Assembly: GCF_046119375.1 (NCBI RefSeq)
Contig: NW_027362769.1
Coordinates: 361,336,001 to 361,400,000 of the forward strand
Direction: 5' to 3'
Length of the DNA: 64,000 nucleotides
From: Phyllobates terribilis
Lineage: Eukaryota
In this document: one piece after another, positions 51,858 through 64,000 of the stretch
Layout of the letters: every line of letters starts with the position of its first letter
Numbering within the stretch: position 1 is the stretch's first letter
The notes under the pieces: model-generated
Told to the model about the DNA's origin: nothing
Seen by the model: only the letters and a program-made list of their open reading frames with translations
Databases searched by the model: none
Program-made: the position numbers and the translations under genes

Positions 51858-54800
51858 ACCACCTTGTCCCCTGCAGAGCTGTATGATCAGTGCCACCACC
51901 TTGTCCCCTGCAGAGCTTTATGATCAGTGCCACCACCTTGTCACCGGCTGAGCTGTATGATCAGTGCCACCACCTTGTCCCCGGCAGAGCTGTATGATCA
52001 AAAAAAAGGGAAAGGGCCAATGTCCTCCGGAATTTTTGCCGTTTGATCCTAATTAGTCATTACATTATTACAATACTGATGATGGAAGAGCCACTGTAGA
52101 GCTCCGTGTACTGGTAATCTAGTAATAGTGACATCAGCGTCGGTTGTGCTCCTGTGTTTGAATCAGCCGGTAAACTGACTGTAACATAAAGACTCTTGTC
52201 AGAGCCAACAAATCCTCCCTCAGAACGAGCTAATTCTTCACATTCTGCTCTGATGCTTGTGCTCAAACATCTGGTCGCTGAGTTCTTTGCTGCCAATGCT
52301 GCTCAGTCTTCAGTTGGTGTCTGGGGGAGTTATTCCCTTCAGTGCTATTATAAATGTGCAGAAGTAGTTTGACTACAGCCCTGCTGTGGGTTTCCCTAGA
52401 TAATGTTAACTTACAGTTCGAACAATCCCCATCCCCTTCTTTCAAGGGTTTTAAGGGCAGTACCTCGTTTTTGTATATTCCCCGCAAATTGTTAGGGGAG
52501 AGTTACGTATCTTGTATTATAGAAATAATATACTGGTCCCTTGATCCGGGAAATCTGAAGATTCCTATATGGAATCAAGCGAGCAGTGATCGCTCAAAAC
52601 AAACTTCCCGATTTCGGTTCATCCTGAAACTTTACGGAAAGGCGGAAAAGGAAAAGCCATTAGCCACTGAGCGGGAACTTTAAATTAACACGATTAGCGC
52701 CTCCCCTTCCTCTGCTGTTTGGCTGAACACAGGATGGTTAGGGAGTTTGAATTTCCCACTCATTGTAATTTCTGCAGTATCTAAATGTAATGATGTAACT
52801 TCATCTGCTGTGAAGAGATGTATTCGGTCTATACATAAACCCCACTAACACACTCTCATGTAATCGCCTTCCAGATCACGGTGGAGTCATTTAATACATT
52901 TTATATTTGGAGAAAGAACGTGAGAATCAAGATAATATAGAAACATAAAAGTCAGTTATTATTTTGAATAGGAGTAAACTTGAGAGGTAGCACTCGCAAC
53001 TAAGCCCCTGAGTACTGTTATTAATGGGGAGCAGAATTATAAAACTGTTGATTATTGCCCCCACTGCTCATCAGAAATTACAATATTTACTTTCTCCTAA
53101 TACTTGTATTTTAATTGGCAGAGATCATAAAACTCAGATATCACTTGTTTCTTCAGATGAGGATTAACACTCAGAGAACACGAATTGTTATCTTCTCATA
53201 GAAAATAATGACAGCAGCTCAGATGGATAAAATAAAACGGAACGATATAATCATTTTGAGCATTTGATTTATTCTCAATCCAATAGTCCCATATCCAATG
53301 GAGAATCTAATAATGGTATGGGAGTAGGATAAATAATTAAATGGGCCACAGAGCAGTTGATAAACGATTTAATGCAGACTTGCAAATGTTACCTTCTGGA
53401 TGACTCTGCATTCCAAAAAACAAGGGAAAAACTATTGAAAGCATTCCATAACCTGTCATTCCTCAATTAATGGAGCTGCTGGATGACGGACTGATGGGGC
53501 GCTCCGATCTGACAGAGTAAGCTCTAACTTGTCATAGTTTAATCACTGATAAATTTGATATACAGTAGGAGACAGATGTCTTGATGAATATTGAAAGGGC
53601 AACAATGAGGCAGACTGAGGCGTTCACTAACCTACAGGGAAGCAACAGTCTGCAGATATTTAATAAAGATAAGCTTAGCGGACTATTGATATTAGCTGTA
53701 CAAAACCATCACCTATCTCTAAGCCACTTGGGAAATATAACTGTAAAAGACCGAACCCCTTCTGCTATTAGAGGAAAAAATCCATGAATGCCATTTTCTT
53801 TCATACCATTAGCAAAAAAAGCTAAGCAATATATGAATCCCCTTATCCTACAAAGAGGATCTATTCCTAAATCATAAGTCTTAACAATAATTTTGTTAAT
53901 TTTGTTAATTCTATATACACAGTAGGAACTCTATACCTGCACAGGAAAAAAAAAGTCAAACTAAATTTAACCCATAGGAAGCACTATTTGGAGAAATATA
54001 TTTCACCAATCTCAACAAAATCATTTTCTAGATCTGATGATGCTTTCCATGGAAAAAATATGTATCATCCGAAAAAACAGCCTGCCAACCTCGATTAATC
54101 ATTTCAATAAACAGCGCACATCATTTAAACTACAACTGGCTAAATGGGAATAAGTATAATCTGAAAATCAGAGGAATACCAGATCAAGTGACTCCAGATA
54201 CATATCTCCATATCTCTATATTGTAAACATGATCACTCATCACTCCGGAATAACCAACCCATAAAGTTGTTTTACAAGCGTTCAGAATTCCCAAGAAAAA
54301 AAAATATATATTTTGAAGGAGGCTCGGAGACAATAATTGTTTCCTTTAATCATTTTCCATAAGGAGTAAACTACTGGCACTAACAGAATTCCAAAAAAGA
54401 GATACCGGCTCCTATACTTCCATTCTCCTCAAAGACCTCTACAATACACTTTTCCCTGGGGAATCCTTTAAAAGCACTACAAAGGAAATTTTCCAAGCAG
54501 GAATTAAATACCAATGGCTGCTGTCAGCAACCCTACAGATAAATTACCATAACAAAATGCTCTTCATTTCTTTCCCCGATGAAGTCAAGCAACAACGTCT
54601 CAACATTTACTCCTATTCAAAAGAATAACTATCTTATCGTGATTCTCGCTTTATTTCTCCAAATATACAATGTATTAAGTGACTCCACCGTGGTCTAGAG
54701 GTGATTACATGAGATTGTGCTCTGTGGAGTTTATCTATACACCGGATACTTCTCTTCACAGCAGAAGTTACAATACATTTAGAAGCTGCAAAAAATACAA

Positions 54801-55428
54801 TCAGGGTAAATTAAAGCTCCCTAACCGTCCTGTGTTCAGCCAATCAGCAGAAGAAGGGGAAGGGCTAAGTCTGTCAAATAATTTGAAATTCCTGCTAATT
54901 GGATGATTGCTTTTTCTGTTTTTTTTTTTATGTCTCTGTAACCCTTAGTTTCAGGACTGGGGGATATCAAATAATTTGCTTGTGTTGAGCGATCACTGGT
55001 CGCTTGAGCTGCATAGAGAAATCTCTAGTGTTACTTGATCAAGGGACCAGTATCCGATTTCTGTAATACAAGGTGCATATCTCTACGCCTTACAATGTTC
55101 CGGTAATATAAAAATCAAGGAGGAACTGCAATTTAAAGAACATTGAAAGAAAAGGGTGGGGGACTGTCCAAATCGTAGGTTATTTTCTATCGAGGTCTAC
55201 AACAGAGCTATAATTAAACTATTTCTGCACTTATAACGGCATTGAAGGGAATAACTCCAAGGAGATACCAATAGCGGACTGAGCAGAGAACTGAGCGCCC
55301 CTGTTGTTACTGAGCACAAGTGAACACTCAGCAGAATATGAAGCAGATGTGAGGGATCAGCTCGTTATTATGGAGGATTTGGTGGCTCTGAAAAGAGCCT
55401 TTGTTATAGTCAGACGTGTAGGACGGAT

Positions 55429-55789
<361 letters not shown>

Positions 55790-56972
55790 TAGTGTTGAGC
55801 GAGCATGCTCGACACTGCTCGGTACTCGCCCGAGCATCACGCTACTCGGGATGTTCGGTGAGCATCGAGCATTTCCGGGTTACTCGGGCGGGAGCTCGGG
55901 TCTCCGCCCTGCATGTTTGGCGCTCTTTACAGAGCCAATGAACATGCAGGTGTGTCACCCCAGGCCTGGATGCCACAAATATTAAAGGCTGTGTCTGAGA
56001 GCAGGAGGGAGGTTCCCTGAGACCCTTAGCATGCAGCACCTCCTGTCCCAGGCCAGTAGGGGGAGCAGGCTGTCCTATAAAAGCTGGAACTGGGGCAGGG
56101 TTAGAGAGACCAGAACCCACTTCTGAAGTGACCAAAAGGGTTACTTAGAGGAAGGGATAGGTCAGCAGCAGCTGAGGAGTCCGTTAGGCAGAAGAGGAAC
56201 TGCAGGCCAGGGAGAGAGGCGACGAGAGCCGGTCCTGGCAGAGAACCAATCTACCGGACATTGGGGTCCGAGGCTGTCAGGGTTATAAGCCCAGCAGCAG
56301 AGCACCAATCCGTGAGGGATTTCATGTCCTTTGGCCTAAGAAGCCCGGAGGCTCCGCCACAACAGAAGGGACCAGCAAGGCCAAGAGAGGCCAAAGGTAA
56401 AATGAAACCAAGTTGCAAGCCATATGGGCGAGAAGTACACGGCCAGCTCAGGGACGTGGGCTATTACACCACGAAGAGGGGGACAGTCAGAAAGAGCATA
56501 GAGAGAACGGTAGGCCTACACACTCACCCTGACCAGTGGGGCTCGCCCGAATGCTCTCAGACACCCAGGTCCATTCCTAACCGGTACCACTGTTGGGTCA
56601 TTAATAATACCTACAATAAAAACCCTGGACTGTTTGAAGCGGACTCTGAACTCTTACTATTGCAGCCTGCACTATCACCCCCAGCATCCACCTACACTGC
56701 CCTGAGGCTACATTATTCCCGTGGGGAGTTATCCTACCCCTGTTCTGCACACCAACACTAGCCTCAGCGGTCTGCCTTGCAACGGCGGTTATCCATGACC
56801 GCAATCCACGGGTGGCGTAGTCGGACATTCAAAACACTGATAAATAGACTGCCACAATTTGGTCTGACCACTCTGAGCCACGGGATCGGGCTGCCACTAC
56901 AACCCCTATCAGCACCGTACACCAGAAGGCCCATTTCCGGGTACCCCACGGCCCAGGGGGTCGAGTCAGCTT

Positions 56973-56990
56973 TGGCGTAGTCGGCAGGAT
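56973..56990 (+). promoter_or_regulatory. Primer binding site, tRNA-Ser
   Basis: TGGCGTAGTCGGCAGGAT is complementary to the vertebrate tRNA-Ser 3' end ATCCTGCCGACTACGCCA. Confidence 0.88.
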
Positions 56991-57326
56991 TGTGACCAAC
57001 CCGCCACAAACGGGTATTGTGTGCCTGAAAAAGACTTTATACTTACCTGAGTGAAGTTTCCCGCCATTCGGGGCCGTTTCCCGCCGTCGGGCGCCATCTT
57101 CGGGATGCCACGCGGGAAGAAGAGGGGCGTGGACGTCAAAAACGCGCGAGACCTGAAGCCCCGCCGTTTGCTGAGACGCTGCGTAAGGTCCTGGAAGGAG
57201 ATCCAGCGGACGCCGACGTCATCACCAAGAAACGCAAGGTCCTCGCCCAGAGCATCGCGAGCGGAGCCGCGGCCTACAGAAGTGGATCGCCGGAAGGTAG
57301 GCCACGGTTAACTAGGGGGGAGGAAG

Positions 57327-58319
57327 ATGTCGGACGCGGAGGGACCCTCCACCACCAGCGTAGCCGCTGCAGCTGTGATGCCGTTTTCCATGCCCTATAT
57401 CCCCGGAGCGGCCTGGCTGCCACAGTATGCCGGAGAGTCGCATACCTTGGGCGACTTTAAAGAAAGGCTGTATAGCCTGTTCAAAGTTGATCCCCTGACA
57501 GAAGAACAGAAAGTAAGCATACTGATAGGGCAGTTAACTGGTGCGGCCCAGCGGGAGGTAAAGTCTTGGACAGCTGAGGAGAAAAGGACGGTAAGGGGGG
57601 TTCTGACCCGTCTACGGGATACCTTTGATACCCGTACCTCAGCAGAAATCAAAATGCGGTTCTATGGATGTAAGCAGCAAGCTCAAGATAGCATCAGAGA
57701 TTATGCCATAAATTTACAGGAAGCCCTGGGAGCAATCAAACAAGCTGACCCTGGCAGCGTGCAGGATACAGATAAACTATTGACTGACCAGTTCATAGAA
57801 GGTCTGCTGTCCAACGCCCACAGAACTCAGCTGTGCCTCATGGCCCTACAGAACCCTGATTTGACTTTTGCACAATTTAAAGATAGGGCCATCCGGGTGC
57901 TCCGAGAACCCGCACCAGGTGGCGCTGTAGCTTCCCAGCGTCCTGTCATCACTTACCACCAGGAGGCAGCGCCCTACCATGCAGACCTTGTGGGGGCTGA
58001 GGCGCAGGCCCTAAACCCATCCCAGCCTGCAAACCTGCACCATCAGGTCCAAGAACTAACAAAGAGTGTTGCTACATTGACCAGGACCATACAGTCGTTA
58101 CAGATGGACCCGTCAGGACCAATCAAGCTGGCTTCCAGTCCGGAGGATGCCCCGTGGCGTCGACAGAAGAGGATCCCGTCATTCAGAGGGAGGCCCGCCG
58201 ATCGTTACACTGAGGATGGACAGCCGATTTGCCACCGTTGCAGCCAGCCAGGACACATAGCCAGGTACTGTACTTTAAATGGGTCCGACCTGGGGCAGAG
58301 GGCCAACCCCCAGGCATAA
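57327..58319 (+). CDS. Gypsy gag (PNMA-like capsid plus zinc knuckle)
   Basis: 330-aa ORF with CHRCSQPGHIARYC CCHC knuckle. Confidence 0.9.
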   Translation: MSDAEGPSTTSVAAAAVMPFSMPYIPGAAWLPQYAGESHTLGDFKERLYSLFKVDPLTEEQKVSILIGQLTGAAQREVKSWTAEEKRTVRGVLTRLRDTFDTRTSAEIKMRFYGCKQQAQDSIRDYAINLQEALGAIKQADPGSVQDTDKLLTDQFIEGLLSNAHRTQLCLMALQNPDLTFAQFKDRAIRVLREPAPGGAVASQRPVITYHQEAAPYHADLVGAEAQALNPSQPANLHHQVQELTKSVATLTRTIQSLQMDPSGPIKLASSPEDAPWRRQKRIPSFRGRPADRYTEDGQPICHRCSQPGHIARYCTLNGSDLGQRANPQA

Positions 58320-61300
58320 GGTCATCAGGCCCGTCTAATTGGCGTGATAAGTACGTGGGGGGACGCCCAGTTTTACCCGTAGTGCTGGACGGTATCCCCA
58401 TGAGTTGCACTGCTGGATACCGGGTCACAAGTAACTACCATCCCCTATGTACTTTTTAAGCAGTATTGGAGTGACACTGACATAACCCGCTATACAGACA
58501 ATGACTTGAGCATCATCGCCAGCAATGGCCAGCCCGTGCCGCAGGTGGGGTTCAGAGAGATGACCATTAAGATTGGTAAAGTTGAACTGCCGGCACAGGG
58601 AGTGATCATTGTGAACATTGACCTTCGAGAAAGTCACCCTAAAATAACCTTGGGTACTAACGTGATTGAAAATTGTCTTTCAGAAGTGATGGTAATTTTG
58701 CAGCAGGTGGCGATGAATGCTAGCTCCAGCCAACAGAGGGTCCTCCAGAAAGAGATAAGAGCCCTGATGAGACAGCAACAGGTAGAACTGTCTGGTGGTG
58801 AGATCGGTAGCGTGAGGATGAGCGACCCGTTCCCCATTGCCATGCCTCCCAAAAGTGAAATGATGATCTGGTGTCGGACTGCAATCGGGTTAAGAGGGAG
58901 AGACTACCAAGCCATGGTAGAACCCGTGTACTCAGACAGCAGGCCCACCATTTTGACAGCCCGGGGGGTGGTTGATGTCCGCCATGGAAGGGTGCCCGTC
59001 CGGATCTTAAACATTGGGGAAAGGGAAGTACACTTGCCCCGGTACGCTACACTAGCCAAATTGTATACTGTTGAACACAATGCTGTCAGGGCCGTGGAAC
59101 CATTGCCTCTATATCCCCAGGCGGAGGGTAATGGCTCCCAGAAACCCAAGGGGGACTGGTGCCAGAAACTTCACGTGGGTGCTGACTCCACTCCCTTGCA
59201 CCAAAAACAAGGAGTCTACCGAGTGGTTCAGGAGTACGAGAGAATCTTTAGTAAGCACCCGCTAGACTTCGGCAGAGTGAAAGGGGTAGAACACCACATC
59301 CCCACGGGGAGCCACCCACCAATAAAAGAGAGACACAGGCCTGTACCCCCTGCACATTATCAGAACGCAAAGGGCATGCTGAGAGAAATGAAAGAAGCTG
59401 GGGTCATTAGAGATAGCTGTAGCCCCTGGGCAGCTCCCTTAGTTTTGGTAAAAAAGAAAGACGGTACCATGAGAATGTGTGTGGACTATAGAAAGGTTAA
59501 TCGTATCACCCATAAAGACGCGTACCCGTTACCTAGGATAGAGGAGTCTTTAGCCGCACTAAAATCAGCTAACTTCTTCTCTACTTTGGATCTTACTAGC
59601 AGGTACTGGCAGGTTCCTGTGGCAGAGGCTGACAAGGAGAAGACCGCCTTCACCACCCCGATGGGATTAAGTGAATTCAACTGTATGCCATTCGGGCTCT
59701 GTAACGCACCCGAGACCTTCCAGAGACTGATGGAATGCTGTCTATGGCACCGAAACTTTGAGACGGTCCTACTTTACTTAGACGACGTGATTGTATATTC
59801 GAAGACCTATGAGGACCATCTAAAACACCTGGCAGAGGTGTTCGAAGCCCTGGTAGGCTATGGCCTGAAAGTGAAGCCCTCAAAGTGTCACCTGTTAAAA
59901 CCGAAGGTACAGTACCTGGGGCACGTGGTGAGTGCTGAGGGAGTAGCCCCCGACCGCGACAAGGGTACAGTAATCAATAGCTGGCCAAGCCCCTCTAACA
60001 TCAAACAAGTGAGGCAATTCCACGGGTTGGTAGGCTACTACCGAAGGTTCATCCCCGGGTTCACCAAGATGGCAGCCCCTATGCAGGACCTCCTTATAGG
60101 ACAATCTAAGACCAGAAGCCAAAAGCCACCCTTCAAGTGGGACAAGCCGGAAGAGGAGTCCTTCCGCCAGCTGAAGATGGCCCCCACGGGGGATGAGATC
60201 CTGGCCTACCCCGATTATGGCCAGCCTTTAATCCTCCACACAGACACCAGTAATGTGGGGCTGGGAGCCGTACTGTCACAAAACCAACAGGGCAGAGAAA
60301 GGGTGATCTCGTACGCCAGCTGGAAGCTGAGGCCCACCGAAAGAAATCCAGAGAATAACAGCTCCTTCAAGCTAAAATTCTTGGCAGTGGTGTGGGCCGT
60401 CACAGAACGGTTTAAACATTACCTGGCCTCTGCAAAGTACACTGTGTACACGGACAACAACCCGTTGACACACCTGGACAATGCAAGACTTGGTGTCTTA
60501 GAACAGCGGTGGATGGCCCGGCTATCAAATTATGACTTCACAATCAAATACCGGGCAAGCAGAACCAACGCCAATGCAGACGCCCTATCAAGAATTCCCC
60601 ACCTACCCGAAGGAGAAGAGGACTCAGAAGAGCTGGAGGAAGTAGAGCTCCTTGCGTTCCACCGGTATGGGGCAACTCAGTATTCTCACCGGGTAAGAGA
60701 CAAAGACTTAACCACCATCATGTTCAATCCCTTACCCCACCACGGCTGGGCTGAAACACAAGATAGCGACCCTGCAATTCGCTTGGTGAAAGACCTGTTG
60801 TCCCAGGAAGACGCTAGCCCTGGCCCGGACGCTCCAGAGGAAGCCAAGCAGTTATGGAAGGAGAGAAGCAGGCTATTCCTCTACGAATGTAAGCTGTGCA
60901 GAAAGCTTGTCAACCACCGGACGCACGAGCTGACCTGGCAGATAGTGGTCCCAAGGCAAGATGCAGCAATGGTCCTGAAGGCCTACCATGACAGAGCGGG
61001 ACACTTCGGGTGGAAGAAGCTAGAGTTCCTACTGAGAGAGTGGTTCTTCTGGGTCGGTATGAGAGGGGCCATAGAGAAGTGGTGCAGGGACTGCGGTCCA
61101 TGTCACCTCAGAAGGAAGGATGGTACCAGCCAGAAGACACCCTTGAGGCCCATAGTCACCAGGCAGCCTCTTGAGCTGGTAGCTCTGGACCATGTGAAAT
61201 TGGTTCCAAGTCGGTCGGGCTACGTCTATGCCCTGACAATATTGGACCACTATTCCTGGTTTGTGGTGGTGGTTCCCGTTAAAGATTTGACAGCCCAAAC

Positions 61301-62399
61301 AGCAGCCAGAGCCATCCAACAACACTTCTGCCGTCCACACGGGTATCCGGAACAGGTCTTGACAGATCAAGGTCCAGCGTTCGAGGCGGAAATCTTTCAG
61401 GAGTTCTGCAACCTCTACGGCTGTAAGAAGATTCGGACAATGCCTTACCACCCGCAAACCAACGGGCTGTGTGAGAAAATGAATAATATCGTCATTGATC
61501 TCCTCAAGACGTTGACCCTGGAGGAACGCAGCCTGTGTCCGGAGAAGCTTCCAGACCTGATAGACTTATACAACCATATCCCGGTGAATGCTACCAACTG
61601 CACCCCGGCTTACCTGATGCGAGCAAGACCAGATAAGCTGCCTATGGACCTGGAGATGGGAGTCCTGACACCCGAGGACACCTTCCCAGATGCGGATTGG
61701 GATACGGAACGGCGGCTACAGTACAAGAAGGTACAGGAGAGTGTGGAGAGGAGTCTGGCTCAAGCGAGAGAAAAGCAAGAGAGGCTCTTCAACCAACACG
61801 CCCCTGCTGGTCCCCTGGAACCTGGCGAGCAGGTCCTGAAGTGGAAGAGAAAGCTTCACAAGCTAGATGACCAGTGCGAGAGAGACCCGTACACACTACT
61901 GCAGTCCGACCACAACAACCCGAAGGTATGTGTAATTGCCAAGGATGGAGGAGAACCCACTAGCACCATCTCCAGAGACCACCTAAAACGGTGCCCCAAG
62001 CAACTGCAGAGTCCAAGCGAAGATCAAGATGACCTTGAACCCGCAGCGGACAAGGAAGAAATGGTCAGCACCGTTCTCGGAGAGATCCCCCGGTCCTGGA
62101 CTCGGATAAACGATGCCATAGTGCTACCCGTCCTACAATTCCTTCAACCTACCCAGCAGGAGCCTACAGGAGAGCAGGAAGAACAAGAGGAACAAGCAGC
62201 CCCGGAGGCAGAAGAACCCATGTCAGCAGACCAGGAGAGTCAACCCTCTGCTAACAGTGAGCCTGCCATGCCTGCGGTAAGCCAAAGGACCCGCAGACAG
62301 CTGCCTGCACTGCCTGTAAGCCCAGCTAGTAGCTGTACCATAAATGCTAGTGGGGAAAGCCAGGTTAGACCACCACCAGACAGTGGGTTACGCAGGTAA
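58320..62399 (+). pseudogene. Gypsy pol with a frameshift in the protease
   Basis: The protease VVLDGIPMSC/LLDTGSQVTTIP switches frame near 58408. The 1297-codon ORF has RT (CVDYRK..YLDD), RNase H (TDTS), integrase HHCC (YHDRAGH..CRDC..C) and DDE core. Confidence 0.9.
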
Positions 62400-64000
62400 A
62401 CCCGGAGCACTAGGGGTCAAATACCAGCTCGCTGGAAGATCTAAATGCTGTATATTGCAAATGTTTTATGTTTGTTACCTGATTATTAATAATGTTTTTC
62501 CAGTTTTCCTAGTACGATGGACTGAGAGGTCATGGACACTGAATGGCCGGAACTGTCTTGTAGATAGTTGCATCTGGTGCCCTCTTTCGAAGATGGCCAC
62601 GGAAGAAAAACTTGTCCGGCGTGGCCTCCTTGTGGTTCAAAGTAGTTAGCTTTTACCTTGCCGCCACGCCCAAGGGCAGGAACTTGGGGTTTGTAGGGAC
62701 AGGTCCCCACACTGTGGAAAACTTCACCTGGTTGGGTGACATGGACACCCGGTCACGGAAGCGCCGTGACTTTAAGGACAAAATGTGCTTGTAAATATGT
62801 TATGTTATCATTTATACCCTGTATTTGTATTTCCTGTTTAGTCCGGAGTACTAAATTTTACTAGGGGGGAATGTGTCACCCCAGGCCTGGATGCCACAAA
62901 TATTAAAGGCTGTGTCAGAGAGCAGGAGGGAGGTTCCCTGGTTAGGGACCATTAGCATGCAGCACCTCCTGTCCCAGGCCAGTAGGGGGAGCTGGCTGCC
63001 CTATAAAAGCTGGAACTGGGGCAGGGTTAAAGAGACCAGAACCCACTTCTGAAGTGACCAGAAGGGTTCCTTAGAGGAAGGGACAGGTCAGCAGCAGATG
63101 AGGAGTCCGTGAGGCAGAGGAGGAACTGCAGGCCAGGGACAGAGGTGACGAGAGCCGCTCCTGGCAGAGAACCAATCTACCGGACATTGGGGTCCGAGGC
63201 TGTCAGGGTTATAAGCCCAGCAGCAGAGCACTAATCCGCGAGGGATTTCATGTCCTTTGGCCTAAGAAGCCCGGAGGCTCCGCCACAACAGAAGGGACCA
63301 GCAAGGCAAAGAGAGGCCAAAGGTAAAAGGAACCCAAGTTGCAAGCCATACGGGCGAGAAGTACACCACGAAGAGGGGGATAGTCAGAAAGAGCAAAGAG
63401 AGAACGGTAGGCCTACACACTCACCCTGACCAGTGGGGCTCGCCCGAATGCTCTCAGACACCCAGGTCCATTCCTAACCGGTACCACTGTTGGGGGGTCA
63501 TTAATAATACCTACAATAAAGACCCTGGACTGTTTGAAGTGGACTCTGAACTCTTACTATTGCGGCCTGCACTATCACCCCCAGCATCCACCTACACTGC
63601 CCTGAGGCTACACTCTTCCCGTGGGGAGTTATCCTACCCCGGTGCTGCACAACACCAGCCTCAGCGGTCTGCCTTGCAGCAGCAGTTATCCCTGACCGCA
63701 ATCCACGAGTGGCTTAGTTGGACATTCAAAACACTGATAAATAGACTGCCACATTTTGGTCTGACCACCCTGAGCCATGGGATCAGGCAGCCACTACTAC
63801 ACCCATCAGCACCGTACACCAGAAGGCCCGGTTCCGGGTACCCCACGGCCCAGGGGTCGAGTCACAGGGATTGCCAGCCAGTCACTGTAATGCCGAAGCC
63901 ATGTTGTTTGTGGGCATTACAGTGATTGGCTGGCCGCACAGCGTCACCTCGATTATTTAAAACCGGGCGCCGCCATCTTGGACACAGTCGCTCCGGATTA

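Larger units (their letters stand above)
55951..63864 (+). mobile_element. Gypsy/Ty3 LTR retrotransposon, near complete
   Basis: LTRs 55951-56968 and 62872-63864 (TG...CA), CAGG 4-bp TSD, PBS at 56973-56990, PPT at 62863-62871, gag and pol in PR-RT-RH-IN order. Confidence 0.96.
55790..64000. mobile_element. hAT-like MITE inserted in H3 (55790-55950 plus 63869 onward), split by Gypsy; right end outside the window
   Basis: tagtgttgagcgagcatgctcg start; catgcagg|...|gattgccagcc continuity matches the related element near 39660. Confidence 0.8.

Overview
Vertebrate genomic DNA, most likely an anuran amphibian judging by the transposon families; no prokaryotic features. Positions 1-22.3 kb hold a head-to-head gene pair. 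SPSB3 contributes its first coding exon (minus strand, 175-303). NUBP2 is complete (7 exons, 2165-22235, 813 nt, 270 aa), and its introns carry nested Tc1, CR1, TTAA-targeting piggyBac-like and Kolobok-like elements, a Helitron and a DIRS element. From 29.3 kb to 55.8 kb lies a replication-dependent histone cluster: H2A(-), H2B(+, mostly N-masked), H4(+), H1(+), H3(-), then a duplicated H1(+)/H3-pseudogene(-) segment. The first five genes sit between two inverted copies of one TTAA element; the left copy carries a Penelope-like retroelement with a hammerhead ribozyme motif. The window ends with a near-complete Gypsy LTR element nested in a hAT MITE nested in the H3 pseudogene. The most unusual signals are: (i) tandem arrays of the U7-binding histone downstream element behind H2B (about 49 copies) and, independently, behind both H1 genes; (ii) a roughly 600-bp E2F/CHR/CCAAT spacer module related to the H4 promoter, repeated in both orientations; (iii) the composite-transposon-like arrangement around the histone quintet. 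All alignments and identities were judged by eye.
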